Shown piece by piece: positions 37,951 to 50,650 of a DNA stretch of 64,000 bases. The position numbers were made by a program, and so were the translations under genes. The notes under the pieces were generated by a model, which worked only from the letters and a program-made list of their open reading frames with translations, was not told the origin of the DNA and did no database searches. How positions within the stretch are numbered: position 1 is the stretch's first letter; each line of letters starts with the position of its first letter. Source of the DNA: Sminthopsis crassicaudata (taxonomy: Eukaryota); NCBI RefSeq assembly GCF_048593235.1, contig NC_133619.1:649614558-649678557 (forward strand), given 5' to 3'.

Positions 37951-38939
37951 GTGGAGGAGAGGGAAACAGCGTGGGGTCTGCAGCTCGTGTCCATACCTTC
38001 CTCCGGAGAACTGGCTTCCTGATCCACTGGGGGTGGGTGGGGACTGATATAGAGTGGGGGGGGGGAAGCATTTCCCTTCCCTGCCCCCAGTCCAATTAGT
38101 ACATAACTCTGACTGGGATTCGGAGACTGGACCGAGGCGTTGAGGAGAAAGGCCGTGGAAGTGCCAATTATGGGCACAAAGAGATGAATCCAGGGCGTGG
38201 GGGGAGTGGGAGAGATCAACTGCAGCAATCAAAGTGAAGGGCTCTTAATTGGAGCTGGGGAGGCAGAACACCCGGGTCACCCAGGGCTCTGGGCTGAGCC
38301 AAGAAGGTGACGTCATGTATAAGAAGTCACTTGCCATCCCCGGCCCCCCAGTGCCCAAAACTTAGCTAGAGAGCCCCCGAAGGCCCAGCTCTCCACCTGT
38401 GAGTCTCTAGTAGTCCCATGGAGTGCTGGGAGGGTCCCTGAGTGCTGGCTGCCCTCTGACCTCTCTGGCCATCCCCCGGGCCTGGATCCCTCTCCCTTCT
38501 TCCCTGGGTGGGGGGGGGAAAGACCTCTCTGCTTCCTTTAAGTTCCAGTTTGAATCCCCAGTTCTCCAGGAATCCTTCCCACTGGGACTGCCTGTTATCC
38601 AGTGTATACACTGGATGGATATATATATGCTGTTGGGTCCTCCCCCACCAACTTTAAATTGTAAGCTTGTCGAGGGCAGGGACTGCCCTTAAATGTTTGC
38701 TGAATTCCTCTGGATTGGGTCTGGGAGGAACCATTCTGTTGGGGGCCGAGTAAAGCAAGGTCAGCAGTCGGGAGTCCGGACCCTACTTGTCCAGCTGCCC
38801 AAGGGTCATCAGCTCCACGGTGGGCCGGGGAAGGGCCGTGCTTCGACACGAAAGGGAAGAAAGCGGGAGATGGGAGCGGGTGGAGGGTGGGAGATGCAGA
38901 GGCAGACGGAAAGATGAAGGCCAAGGGGGAGAAATGAGC

Positions 38940-39140
38940 TCATAGGTTCCTGCTGTGTGCCAGGCTCCCTGCTGAGCACTTTACCAGTATCTCACAATGA
39001 CCTTGCTAAGTGACTTCTAGGACGAGCTCCATTTTACAGCTGAGGAAACTGAGGCAGGTAGAAGGCAAGGAAGGGCAAATTTGAACTTGGACCTTTCTGA
39101 CTCCAGGCCTGGTGCTCTAGCCACTGAGCCACCTAGCTGT
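38940..39140 (-). mobile_element. MIR-like SINE
   Basis: CCATTTTACAGCTGAGGAAACTGAGGC...TCTGACTCCAGGCCTGGTGCTCT..CCACTGAGCCACCTAGCTG. Confidence 0.75.
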
Positions 39141-39684
39141 ACTAAAGCGCTGGAGGGGAACAGGGAAGGGGTCCAAGGGGTGCGTGGACTGGGGGACAGA
39201 GAGCTTGGATGTTGCCTGGCAGTAAAGCAAGCATGGGGCTAGCTACTTTCTCAGTGGGCACCTGGAAGGGCTGGCTTGCCCAGGGGCCCTGGGGCAGGGA
39301 AAGCCAAACAGGCCAGAAACTTCCTGGGGTGGGGCGGGCAGGGGAGAGGGGCTTAGTGTCCAGCAGGGACACAGCTCAGGATGGTAGGAAAAGGCGCCCC
39401 CTGGGGGCATCCTGCCCCAGAGCCTCTCTGGCCTGGGCCCTTTATTTGGAACCCCTTAAATAGCCTCCAGACCTCTGGGCCTTCCCAATCCCCCTGCGCT
39501 GACTGGGTCTGCTGGGCCCGCTCTCCCATTCCCAGCCCGAGCTCCTTGAGGACGGGGACCATCTGGCTTCTTTCCTTGCTTCCCCAGCATCCACTTTGCA
39601 CATTGACTGGCACGTAGTGAATCTTAATAAAATGTATTTTGAAACTTCTCCAAAAGTTCATTCATCATCAAAATATTGCACTAT

Positions 39685-39816
39685 GGGGCAGCTAGGTGGC
39701 ACAGTGGATACAGCACCAGCCCTGAATTCAGGAGGACCCGAGTTCAAATCTGGTCTCAGACACTTAACACTTCCTGGCTGTGTGACCCTGGGCAAGTCAC
39801 TTAACCCTAGCCTCAG
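39685..39816 (+). mobile_element. WSINE1-like SINE
   Basis: GGGGCAGCTAGGTGGCACAGTGGATA...GAGTTCAAATCTGGTCTCAGACACTTAACACTTCCTGGCTGTGTGACCCTGGGCAAGTCACTTAACC. Confidence 0.9.
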
Positions 39817-40747
39817 GGGGGGGGGAAATCTCACCATTCATCATTCTCTCCCTCTTCCCTGTTGCAGCCTCCGGGTCAGCCTGGATCCTCCTATCACCCC
39901 CAAAGCCTCCACCACCAAGTAATCCTCTGAGCTTTCTAGCCTGTGACCCTGCTCATGTGCAGGGGCCTGCTTCAGGCCTGTCCTCCCCAGCTCCTCCCTC
40001 CCTCAGCTGCCCCAGGTTTGGCCGGAAGCCCCCATCCCATTCCAGGGTCAAATAAACCTGACCCCTCCCACCTCTCCATTTCTGCTGCCCTGCCCACCAC
40101 ACTCTGCCACGGACACTGCCGGCCTTTTCTCCACCTGTTCCTCATGGCTGAGCTTCTGGCCAGGCTCTTCTCTGTCTCCTGGCTTCTGGCTTCCTTCAAG
40201 CTTTACCTTGAATCCTCCTTTCTACAAGAGCTTTCCCCCTCCCCTTAATGTTAATGCCTTCCTTCTGTTGATTAAGGCTACAGAACATGTTTAGGGAGGA
40301 CCAGGACCGTGGTGGGAGAGCTGCTGAGCTTTCTGGGGCGGTTAATCCATTATGGGCACTCACTGGGGGCCAAGCTCTCACCTCTGGCTCCGGGGCGCTG
40401 TCCCCTCCCTGGTAAACTGTCTTAAACACGGACTCAACCAGGTTGAGGGGCCAAAACCCATTGCAGCCCATTGGTGAGTCAGGGGCGTGTCTACCTCAAG
40501 AATAGGAAGACATCTCCCAATGAAATGGACTATTTAGAGCAATTCCTAGCCAAGAAGGTGGCTAGAGCAGGTGCTCAGGGCTGGAATACCACTCAGGGCT
40601 GGATCATCCACTCTGTGGCTGGCTGTCCGGGCTTTTGTCGGGTCACAGGGCATCAGCCACTCAGAGAAGGAGTAAGGCTGATGGCTTTGTACAATTCTGC
40701 CTCACTTAAACCCAGTTCCTGCACAAGTCAAGACTTCAGTTCTTAAA

Positions 40748-41395
40748 TGTGAGGGGATGTGGGAAAACTGGGACACGGATGCTGGTGGAGTTGTGAACTG
40801 ATCCAACCGTTCTGGAGAGCAATCTGGAACTAGGCTCAAAGAGCTGGAAAACTGCATATGCTTTGACCCAGCAGGGCCATTACTGGGTCTGTGTCCCTAG
40901 GAAATCATAAAGGAGGGAAAGGGCCCCCCATGTGAAAAAATGTTTGTGGCAGCCCTTGTAGTGGCAAGAAACTGGAAACTGAGTGGATGCCCATCAGTGA
41001 GAGAAGGGCTGATTGCGTCATGGGAATATTATGGTTCTATAAGAAACGATGAACAAGTCAATTTTAGGAAGTCCTGGAAAGTTTTACACGGACCGATGCT
41101 GAGTGAAAAAAGCAGAACCAGGAGTAACGGCAGCAAGAATGTGCGATGAGCGGCTCTGAAAGACTCGGTTCTGCTCAGCGGTTCAGTGATCCAAGGCAAT
41201 CCCAACAGACTTTGGACAGAAAATGCCGTCTGTACCCAGGGAAAGAACTAAGGAGACTGAATGCAGATCCACAATGCCATGTTCACTTCTTTTTTCTGTT
41301 TCTATTTCTCCCTTCTGCTCTGATTTTTCTCTCATAACACAATTCATAGAGTAATATGTGTTAAAAACAAACACATTTACTAGGAAAAAATCAAG
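40748..41395 (+). mobile_element. L1 3' region
   Basis: GGATGTGGGAAAACTGGGACAC...AAAATGTTTGTGGCAGCCCTT..GTGGCAAGAAACTGGAAACTGAGTGGATGCCCATCA. Confidence 0.85.
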
Positions 41396-41643
41396 ACTTC
41401 GTCCATCATCGGTCCTCTTCACAAGGGAAGGAGCAACAACGTCCCTCGGTACCCCGCATGCAGCTGGCTTGCATTGTCAGCCTGAGATAAGGAGGGCCTC
41501 CAAGGGGAGTAGCAAGGCTGCTTGCGGAGGAAAGGGGACCGAGATCCGGGATGCCACTTTAAGGTGGGCTGTCTCCAGTTGAGTGGGACCAGCGGGCCCT
41601 GCAGTGCCAGGGCTGGTGAGGGGCTGACAGAAAGGTAGTCAGA

Positions 41644-41799
41644 GGGGCAGCTAGGTGGTGCAGTGGATAGAGCACCAGCCTTGAATTCAGGAGGACCTGA
41701 GTTCAAATCTGGTCTCAGATACGTAACACTTCCTAGCTGTGTGACCCTGGGCAAGTCACTTAACCCCAGCCTCAGGAGAAAAAAAAAAAAAAAAAAAAG
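41644..41799 (+). mobile_element. WSINE1-like SINE with poly-A tail
   Basis: Full head and core plus an A20 tail. Confidence 0.9.
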
Positions 41800-42528
41800 A
41801 AGGGTGGTCGGTCCTTTGTTCTCAGAGAGGATCCCGAAAGCAGAAAGGTTCCATCCCAACATGCAAGCTTGAGACAGGTACCGGACTTTGCCTTTCTTGC
41901 TATTCCAAGCAAGCTCTTAACACAGTGCCCGGCACATAGTAGGTGCTTAATAAAGGGTAGAGCGATTGATCCTGTGAAGGGACAGGGCCCAGTGGCCATG
42001 CCATGGGTTGGGGTCAGTACATGTGGGAGGGATCTGATGGGCATCCTGGAGACATGAATCAGTTGGTCTGGAGGGCATACCCACCGGCAGTGTCTCTGAG
42101 GCTCCCTTGCTGGGGCTCAATCCTAGCTCCCTCCCAGCTGGTTGGAAGGGGAGCAGGGCCCTCGGTCTGGTTTTTCCAGCTGGGGCAGCTCCTCTTGGGG
42201 TTCCTAACAACCAGGAGGAGACCCAGAGAAGGATGGCAACAAGGCAGGGTCAAGAATGGGGATCAGGACAGAGGAAAATGAAGGCAGGCTCAGGGGAGGG
42301 ATGGGGATTCACATGATCCTAAAGCCCCCACTCTGAGCTAAGCGCTCCCCCAATAACACCGGATTTGATCTTTCGACGGCCCTGGGAGGTGGCTTCTATT
42401 AGGTTCCAAACTGAGGCAAGAGGGGTTAAGTGACCCGTTCTGAGTTACACAGCTAGAAGTGTCGGAGGCTGGCTTTGAACTTGAGTTTACCTGAGTCCAG
42501 GCCCAGAGGTCTGACTGACAATGTCTTT

Positions 42529-42740
42529 TTTTTAAAATTTTTTTTTATTTTCATATTAATTTAATTTAATTTAATTTTTTTATTTTATTTACCAGATATA
42601 TGCATGGGTAATTTTACAACATTGACAATTGCCAAAGCTTTTGTTCTAATTTCCCCCCCCCCCTTCCCCCAGATGGCAGGTTGACCAATACATGTTAAAT
42701 ATGTTAGAGTATAAATTAAATACAATATATGTATACATGT
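42529..42740 (-). mobile_element. Young, severely 5'-truncated L1 3' tail with a 14-bp TSD
   Basis: CTGACAATGTCTTT flanks both sides (42515-42528 and 42741-42754). The interior is the reverse complement of the L1 end also seen at 48030-48230. Confidence 0.85.
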
Positions 42741-42759
42741 CTGACAATGTCTTTAAAAA

Positions 42760-42985
42760 AAAAAAACTTTCAATAATAGCTTTTAACTTTCCAAACACAA
42801 GCAAAGATAGATCCCCACGATGACCCTTGCAAAACCTTGCGTTCCACATTTTGCTTCCTCCCTCCTTCTCCCCCTCCCCTGGACAGCAAATAATTCAGTA
42901 TAGGCTAAACGTGGGCGATGTTTCTAGATGTATTTCCGCATTTATCCTGCTCCGCAAGAAAAATCTGATAATGTTTTCACTGACA
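42760..42985 (-). mobile_element. Older L1 3' end fragment
   Basis: TAATAGCTTTT..TTTCCAAA.ACA..GCAAAGATAG...CCTTGC.TTCCA motif. Confidence 0.65.
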
Positions 42986-43699
42986 GGTTTCTACTTTGGC
43001 ACCCCTATAAGACAGCGTTGGAGGGCAGGTAGCCATTGGCAAGTTAAAGGGCCCCCATGTCCCTTGTGGCCTTCTAAGAAACAAAATGGGGAGCCAGCTG
43101 TGAGGGGTGTGAGCTTTGCCCGGCAGGAGCTGGCCCCCGAGTGAGCACAGTGTGCTGCATGCCATAGGTGCTTAATAAATGCTTTTGAAAATTCATTTTT
43201 AAATTCAAAGCCCTCCTGGGCTGGTATGCCGGACCACTGTATCCACCTGGCCTAGATTTCTGGGTTTCCAGACTCCCTAGGGCTCAAGGCAAACACCCTG
43301 CACCCAGAACCCTCCCAGCCTGAGGGGCCATGTGGCCTAAAAGGATATAAGATAGCCCTCCTGACTTCCTGAGTAGGGAAGGGCCGGGTCTCCTGGGTGT
43401 GCGGGCGGGCACAACCTGGGAAAATGCCCAGAGATGGAGAGCCATGCTCCTGGAACAGCAGGAGGTTCATGTCCAGGGAGGGAAGTACGTGGCATAGAGA
43501 TGGTCGCAAGGTTTGGAAAGACTGGAAAGGTAGGATGGGTCATAAAGGGCTTTGAATACCAAGAGTCTGGGTTTGGTCCAGGAGATAATGGGGAGCCACT
43601 GAATGGGGGAGAGGTGATATGACCCCTGTGGGTCCACGATGCCATTTCTGTACATATCTTGGCTTTGAACTTTCAGGTTCTCCTGGAGGAAAGCTAAGT

Positions 43700-46270
43700 G
43701 TTTTTTTTGGCGGGAGTTTAGGAGGCCAGACCCAAAAAGTATCTTGATTCTGGGGTAGGACCCCCCCCAGAGGGACTCAATATATAACAGGTGAATTGGG
43801 GGATGAAGATAGACTATTTGTGGAAGAGACAAAGGAACTACAGAAAATAAATGGAGAAAGAACATCCATAGAGAGATCTGTCAGTTTAGTTGTGAAGGAT
43901 GGGTTCACAAGGTATCTCAAAGCGAGGATGACCCCAAAAGACATGAAACAAAATTGGAAAGAAGAGCACTTGAGAAAGAATGGAAAGGGAGTGAGATTTA
44001 TGGGAGAAAGAATTGGAAAGCAATTAATGGTTTGGCACAAGAATTACAAAGCATTGGCTAAGTAACAAATTCTGAAAATTTGAATGGACTAAATAGAAGT
44101 CAGTAACTCCATGAAGCAACAAGAAATATTAAAGTAAAAAGCCTGGAAAGAAATGTAGAGTAGGTCCTAACAAAAATAACCGATCTGGAAAACATATTGA
44201 GGAGAAAAAAAAATTAAGAATCATTGGGCTTTCCAAGGCAATCCCAATACATTCTGGATGGAAAACACCATCTGTATCCAGAAAAAGAATGATGGAGATT
44301 GAATGTAAATGAACACATGCTATATTCATTTCTTTTTTCTGTTTTTTTTTCCCTCTCTCATGGTTTTTCCTTCTCATTCTGATTTTTCTCACCCAATATG
44401 ATTCATAAAGCTATGTGTATTCAAAACTAAATTCATTAAATTGCATGAACAAAAAAGAGTCATTGGGCTAACCGAATGCCTCAGCAAAAATAAAGAGCCT
44501 AGACATGATATTTTAAGACATTTGAAAGAAAATTGCCAGAAGCAGAGGTCAGAGTGGAAATAGATAAACTCTAATAATCATCTGAAAGAATTCCAAAATG
44601 AAAGCTCTCCAAATTCAGAGCTTCCAGGTCAAAGAAAAACAACAAACATACTGCAAGAAGCCAGAAAGAAAGAATTGAAGTACTAATTGAGCCACAGTCA
44701 GGAACATGCAAGACATAGCAGCCAACTCAGGAAAGAAGTGTAGAGGTTGAAATGTATTCCAAAAGGCAAACGATTTGGGCTTATAGCCAAAAGTACTTAA
44801 CTCAGCAAAAATGAGGACAAGAATACCTGCGAGATACTGAGAGTTTGGTTCTAGACCACTGCAAAAAAGTGAGTCACAGGAATTTTTCCATTTCTCAGTA
44901 CAAATAAAAGTTATACACTTAAATGCGAGATACTGAGGGTTTGGTTCTAGACCACTGCAAAAAAGTGAGTCACAAAATTTTTTCCATTTCTCAGTACAAA
45001 TAAAAGTTATACACTTAAATGGTCCCTTAAGTGGTCTTATGTCTAAAGTGGTATTATGTCTAAAATGTACATTGTATAGGCTTGAATTGAAAATACTTTA
45101 TTGCTAAAAAATGTTAACCATCATGGGAGCCTTCAATGAGTCACAGATAGACAGAGGGTTTTGCCTTGCTGATGATGGCTGCTGATTGCTCAGGGTGCTG
45201 GGGGCTGAAGGTTGGGGTGCTAAGTGGCAATTTGTTAAAATAAGACAGTGATGAAGTTTGCTACATTGATCGATTCTTCCTTTCATTTGAATACTTAGAG
45301 GCCAGTTTAGAGTTATGGATTGACCTCATTCCAATATTGTTGTGCCTCAGGACACAGGAAGGCTGGAAGAGGGGAAGCCAGATGTGAGACAGCTATGGAA
45401 TGATCAGAATATATACAACATTTGTTGATTAAATTTGCCATCTTATATGGACACAGTTTGTGGTGTCCCCAGACCATTACAATAATAGATCCCTGTGACA
45501 GACATATCAGGAAAAAAAAAATGGAAATACGGCCAGAATTACCCAACTGTGACCCAGAGACATGATGAGAACACATGGAAAAAGGGCAGGGATAGATTTA
45601 CTTGATGTAGGATTACCACCATCCTTCAATTGGCAAAAACCCACAAAATCTGAGAGGCTCATTAAAGCAAAGGAAATAAAAGGAGGTCTGCCTGTTTAAG
45701 GTAACAAAGGGAAAAAAAAGATCTTCAGTGAAATAAAAAATTCTTGGTGAACTGATGAGAGCTGAGGAAAAACTGAAATTCAGCCCCAAGAGTAAAGGGA
45801 AATATTAAAAAAAAAATTAAAAACATAAAAAATATTAAAAAAAAAAACCCCAGTAAATTCATATGAACAATGATGAAAGATGAGAAATTGCTTATAGTCA
45901 ATTATAGGGAGATGATATACTATGTTCTCAGAATAAGATTGTCATCTGGGGTTCTAGAAGGAGCCTGAGTAGAAAAAGGCCAGGGGGGGGGGTGTGATTG
46001 TGTTAGAAGTTGATGATTTTAAGAAAAGAATGGAAGGAGATGAAAAGAGGAATAAACTTGCTGGGGTAGTTTAGGGTGCACAAGTAGACATCTCTACAAA
46101 AAAGGAGAAGGGGGTGCAGGGAGAGGCTGACATTTGAACCTCACTCTAAGCTGAACTGATGAAGAGAAGAAACCCAGGTAGAGAGGGATTCAGAAATACA
46201 TTTTACACATTAGGGAAATAGAAGGAAAGGGAAAAAGCAAGAATAGAGAATAAAAGGGAGAGGAAGTTAA
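43700..46270 (+). mobile_element. Decayed L1 ORF1/inter-ORF region interrupted by other insertions
   Basis: A-rich L1 ORF1-like sequence (AAATTCAGAGCTTCCAGGTCAAAGAAAAA...CTGCAAGAAGCCAGAAAGAAAGAATT). Boundaries are approximate. Confidence 0.55.
44818..45694 (-). mobile_element. Tigger1-like (Tc1/mariner-pogo) internally deleted DNA transposon
   Basis: Both ends match recalled Tigger1 termini (CAAGAATACCTGCGAGATACTG..TTTGGTTCTAGACCAC... and ...AAAGCAAAGGAAATAAAAGGAGGTCTGCCTG). The interior GATGGCTGCTGATTG.TCAGGGTG.TGG..GCTGAAGGTTGGGGTG also matches. Confidence 0.75.
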
Positions 46271-46282
46271 GAAAGGGACTAT

Positions 46283-46900
46283 TCATTTCAAAAGTTTAAT
46301 TATAGTTTTTTTTATTTTCAAAATACATGCAAAGATCATTTTCAACGTGCACTTTGTATTGGGGCTGCTAGGTGGTGCAGTGGATAGAGCACCAGTGCTG
46401 AAGTCAGGAGAAGCTGAGTTCAAATTTGCCTTTAGACACTTAACACTTCCTGGCTGTGTGACCCTGGGCAAGTTACTTAACCCCAATTGGCTCAGCAAAA
46501 CAAAACAAAACTAAAAAATCCTTGTATTCCAAATTTTTCTCTCTCTCTTCCCTGTATCCCCTTCCCTAGACAGCAAGTAATCCAATATTAGGTTAAACAT
46601 GTACAACTTTTCTAAATATATTTCCATGCTGCATAAGAAAGATCAAATCAAAAAGGAAAAAAGAAAAAGAAAAAAAAAAATCACGCAAACAACAAAAAAA
46701 GTGAAAATGCTCAGTTCCCAGTCCTCTCTCTGGGTGTAGATGGTTCTCTCCTTCTCAAGTCAATTGGAACTGCCTGAATCACCTTAGCACTGAAAAGGTT
46801 TGCCATAATCTTGTTGTTTTTGTGTACAATGTTCTCCTGGTTCTTCTCACTTCACTCAGCATCAGTTCATATAAGTCTCTCCAGGCCTCTCTGAAATCAT
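46283..46900 (-). mobile_element. L1 3' end with a nested WSINE1-like SINE (+, ~46361-46512)
   Basis: L1 3'UTR reverse complement on both sides of GGGGCTGCTAGGTGGTGCAGTGGATAGAGCACC...CCCCAATTGGCTCAGCAAAACAAAAC. Confidence 0.8.
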
Positions 46901-47256
46901 CTTGACAAGCGTGAACTCTGTAAAAATTGTATAAAATAATCACTGAAACCATGTCCCCTTTGATCTGCAAAGAAGCGAGATCAGGGTTTCCCAGGGTCCA
47001 AGGAGTCTAGAGAGAGGGCCCATCCTTCCAGGATGAGAAAAGCAACATTATTCAAGGGCAAATCAACTCCCATTTTTCTTTTTGGGAATCACATCCTCAT
47101 TCAGGAAATTCTAAATTTTCATTCAATTGGGGAATCCTGGTCTGGTTATCAATTCAAACTGCCTCAGATTTGCTCTTAAAGTGGGTCTTTGCTAGTCATT
47201 CTTTGCAAAATATTTCTTCATTAAGAAGTAGGCCCACTTTCTAGCCATATAAATAG

Positions 47257-48243
47257 ATGCTCCAAATCATTAGTAATCAGAGAAATGCAAATTAAGACAA
47301 CTCTGAGATACCACTACACATCTGTCAGATTGGCTAAGATGACAGGAACAAATAATTATGAATGTTGGAGGGGCTGTGGGAAAAGTGGGACACTAATACA
47401 TTGTTGGTGGAACTGTGAATGGGTCCAACCATTCTGGAGAGCAATTTGGAATTATGCTCAAAAAGTTATCAAACTGTGCACACCTTTTGATCCAACATTG
47501 TTTTCTACTGGGCTTATATCCCAAATACTAAAGAAAGGAAGGGGACCTGTATGTGCCAAAATGTTTGTGGCAGCTCTTTTTGTAGTGGCCAGAAACTGGA
47601 AACTATGTGGATGCCCATCAATTGGAGAATGGCTGAATAAATTGTGGTATATGAATATTATGGAATATTATTGTTCTGTAAGAAATGACCAGCAGGATGA
47701 TTTCAGAAAAGCCTGGAGAGACTTACAGGAACTGATGCTGAGTGAAATGAGCAGGACCAAGAGATCATTATATACTTCAATGACAATACTGTATGATCAA
47801 TTCTGATGGACGAGGCCCTCTTCAACAATGAGATGATCCAAATCAGCTCCAATAGAGCAGTAATGAACTGAACCAGCTACACCCAGCGAAAGAACTCTGG
47901 GAGATGAGTGTGAACCATAACACAGAATTTCCACTCTCTCTGTTTTTTTTTCCGCCTGCATTCTTCATTTCTTCCTCAGGTTATTTTTACCTTATTTCTA
48001 AATCTGATTTTTTCTTGTACAGTAAAATAACTGTTTGGAAATGTATACATATATTGTATTTAACATTTACCATATTTAACATGTATTGGTCAACCTGCCA
48101 TCAGGGGGAAGGGGTGGGGGGAAGGAGCGGAAAAGTTGGAACAGAAGATTTTGCAAGGGTCAATGCTGAAAAATTACCCATGCATATATCTTGTAAATAA
48201 AAAGCTTTAATAAAAAAAAATTAAAGAAAAAAAAAGGAAAAAG
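47257..48243 (+). mobile_element. Relatively young 5'-truncated L1 (ORF2 C-terminus 47285-47806, 3'UTR, A-tail)
   Basis: Open 173-aa MQIKTTLRYHYT...LIHCWW...WLNKLWYMNIMEYY ORF2 end, A-rich tail, and candidate TSD AAATAG on both sides. Confidence 0.95.
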
Positions 48244-48394
48244 AAATAGGCCAGCTAAGGGAAAGCCTCTTAGTTAAAATAAAACCGACTCTTCTCGCCA
48301 TAGCCTTTGGGGTTAGCGAAATTTTTTGATTCTGAATCTGTCTCTTGGAGCAGAAGGGATCTCATTCAATCATACACACAACTCATCAATCTTG

Positions 48395-49115
48395 CTGATT
48401 GTTTTTTATAGAACAATAATATTCCATAACTTATTCAACCATTTTCCAAGTGATGAGCATCCAGTTAGTTTCTAGTTCCTTGCCATTACAAACATTTTTG
48501 CACTTGTGGGTCCTTTTCCTTTTTTTTTTTTTTTTTAATTTCTTTGGGATACAAGCCCAGTAGAAACACTGCTAAATCAAAGGGTATGCAGTTCGATAGC
48601 CCTTTGGGCATAATTCCAAATTGCTCTCCAGAATGGTTCAATCAGTTCACAACTCACTGACAATGTATCAGTGCCCCAGTTTTCCCACATCCCCTCCAAC
48701 ATTTATCATTATCTTTTCCTGTCATCTTAGCCAATCTGAGAGGTATGAAGTGGTTCCTCAAAGTGTCTTAATTTGCATTTCTCTAATCAAAAGTGATTTA
48801 GAACATTTTTTTCCCTTATCAGCAAAAATGGCTTTAATTTTATCTGAAAACTGTTCATATTCTTTGACTATTTATTAATTGAAGAATGGCTTGTATTCTT
48901 ATAAATTTGAGTCAATTCTCTATGTATTTTAGAAAAGAGGCCTTTACAGAGCCGTTGGATGTAATAATTTCCCCCCAGTTTTCTGCTTCCCTTCTAATTT
49001 GGATTGCATTGGTTTTATTTATACAAAAACTTTTAAATTTAATATAATCAAAATGATCCATTTTGCATTTCATAATATTCTCTAGTTCTTCTTTGACCAC
49101 AAATTATTCTTAATC
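48395..49115 (-). mobile_element. L1 ORF2 fragment
   Basis: Reverse complement of the L1 ORF2 C-terminal region (ORF track 48912-49100 reads KMDHFDYIKFKSFCINKTN..KIRREAENW-like). Confidence 0.85.
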
Positions 49116-49742
49116 AAAATAAATTCATAAAGAGTACCAAAAAATTAAAGCTCTTTTTGAGATGGCAAAAATGGGAATCTGAAGGGCTGTCCATAAACTG
49201 GACATCTGGAGGAAGAAATCATGATCCATAAATGTGAGGGCACACTGTTGTGTTGAACTCTTAGCAGCATAATGACTAACCAGAATTCCAGAGACTCATG
49301 ATGGCAGCTGCTGATAGAGAAGCACAGTGCTGGGAAGACAGAATGGGACCGAACTTTAGGACATGGCCCTCTGGAGAAATCTGTTTGGATTGACTAGACG
49401 TGTGTAATAGACTTTGTTTTTCTTCTGCTTTCAATGTGGACTGGGGGGGAAGAAGGAGAAAGTGGATCTTGACTGATTAAAATAAATTGTAGCCATAAAC
49501 AGAAAACTTGGGATCTCCAGAGAGACACAATGACCAGCAATAATTCCTGAGGACTTGTGATGAAACCTGCTGCCCTCTACTGACAGATGCAGAGAATAGA
49601 TTCATGCTGGGCTTTCCATATAGCCAATGAGAAATTTGTGTGCAAAACATGGGTTTTTTTTTTTTTTTTCATGCTTTTTCAGTGGTGAGAGTTAAGGGAA
49701 ATGGGAAGAAGAGAAAGTTGATATTTCCAAATGAATTTATTT

Positions 49743-49889
49743 TATTATTATTAATTTTTTTTCCTAAGGCGATTGGTTAAGTGACTTGCCCAGGGTGACA
49801 CAGCCAAGACGTGTTAAGTGTCTAAGATTAGATTTGAACTCCTGACTTCAGAGATGGTTCTGTATCCACTACACCAATTAGTTACCCCT
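49743..49889 (-). mobile_element. WSINE1-like SINE with a 15-bp TSD
   Basis: CAAATGAATTTATTT at 49728-49742 and 49890-49904. Confidence 0.85.
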
Positions 49890-49938
49890 CAAATGAATTT
49901 ATTTGAAAAAAAAAATACAAAGCACAAAGGGAGTAGAT

Positions 49939-50650
49939 TGTAGACCCTCTTGATAGTGAACCCTGAACCTATCCTTGACTTTTGGGGTGAGCCCTGAAAC
50001 TCTCCTGACAGGGACCCATCCTTCAGGGCAGTTAAGTGATTTCATAAAGACTGGCCCAGGACCACTCCCTACTTAACTGGAACTTAAGTGGTCTCATTTA
50101 GGTGGAGATCTGGCCCTGATATGTCTATTGAGTAGCTGTACCCTCTACTGAACTGAAAATTAGTCCAGGACCAAGCCTGGTAGCTGGAACTTAAGTGATC
50201 TCATTTGACTGGGAATCTAGGCCTGGGGGTAGTGACAACATTAGAGTAGTTTCATTCAGTTGAAACCTCAGTCTCAGATTTCCTATTAAAGGGCAATTTG
50301 GGCTCATTTCTTTGCAAAGGCCCAAAGCCGGATCATGCCTTGTCAAGGAACTTCTCTCTCTCTCCTTGGCACAGCTGCCTGCCAGGACCCCTGCCTGCAG
50401 AGAAGACATTCTCTTCTCAGTGTTACTTCCTCTTTATCTCTCTACTAGGACCTTTATCTCTCTGCCAGGACCTTGCCACTGAATAAGTCAGTCTCCTAGC
50501 AAAAGCTGACTCCTGCAGTGCCCACAATAAACTTCCTTCTGCCAGTCTAATATTTTGGGCTCGTGAATTCTTTCACGTTGCATGACCAAAGAAAGCTTCC
50601 CACAACTCTCTGCACTGCCACTGACCGCCTCATTTGGCTCCCTAACCCCC
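49939..50650 (+). mobile_element. ERV LTR (~694 bp) followed by a degenerate tRNA-Glu-like primer-binding site
   Basis: TG start at 49939, AATAAA at ~50526, CA end at 50632, then TT-TGGCTCCCTAACC, resembling the Glu PBS TGGTTCCCTGACC. Confidence 0.65.

Noticed and set aside
36420-38232. Ser/Phe/Leu-rich and Glu/Lys/Arg-rich ORFs
   Set aside because: Products of the GA low-complexity tract.
40394-40403. REST/RE1 half-site GGCGCTGTCC
   Set aside because: The second half-site (GGTGCTGA) is absent at canonical or nearby spacing.
46900-47256. Unique segment split by the young L1 (continuing at ~48245-48390) as a possible gene remnant
   Set aside because: Translations in all frames contain stops and match nothing I recognise.
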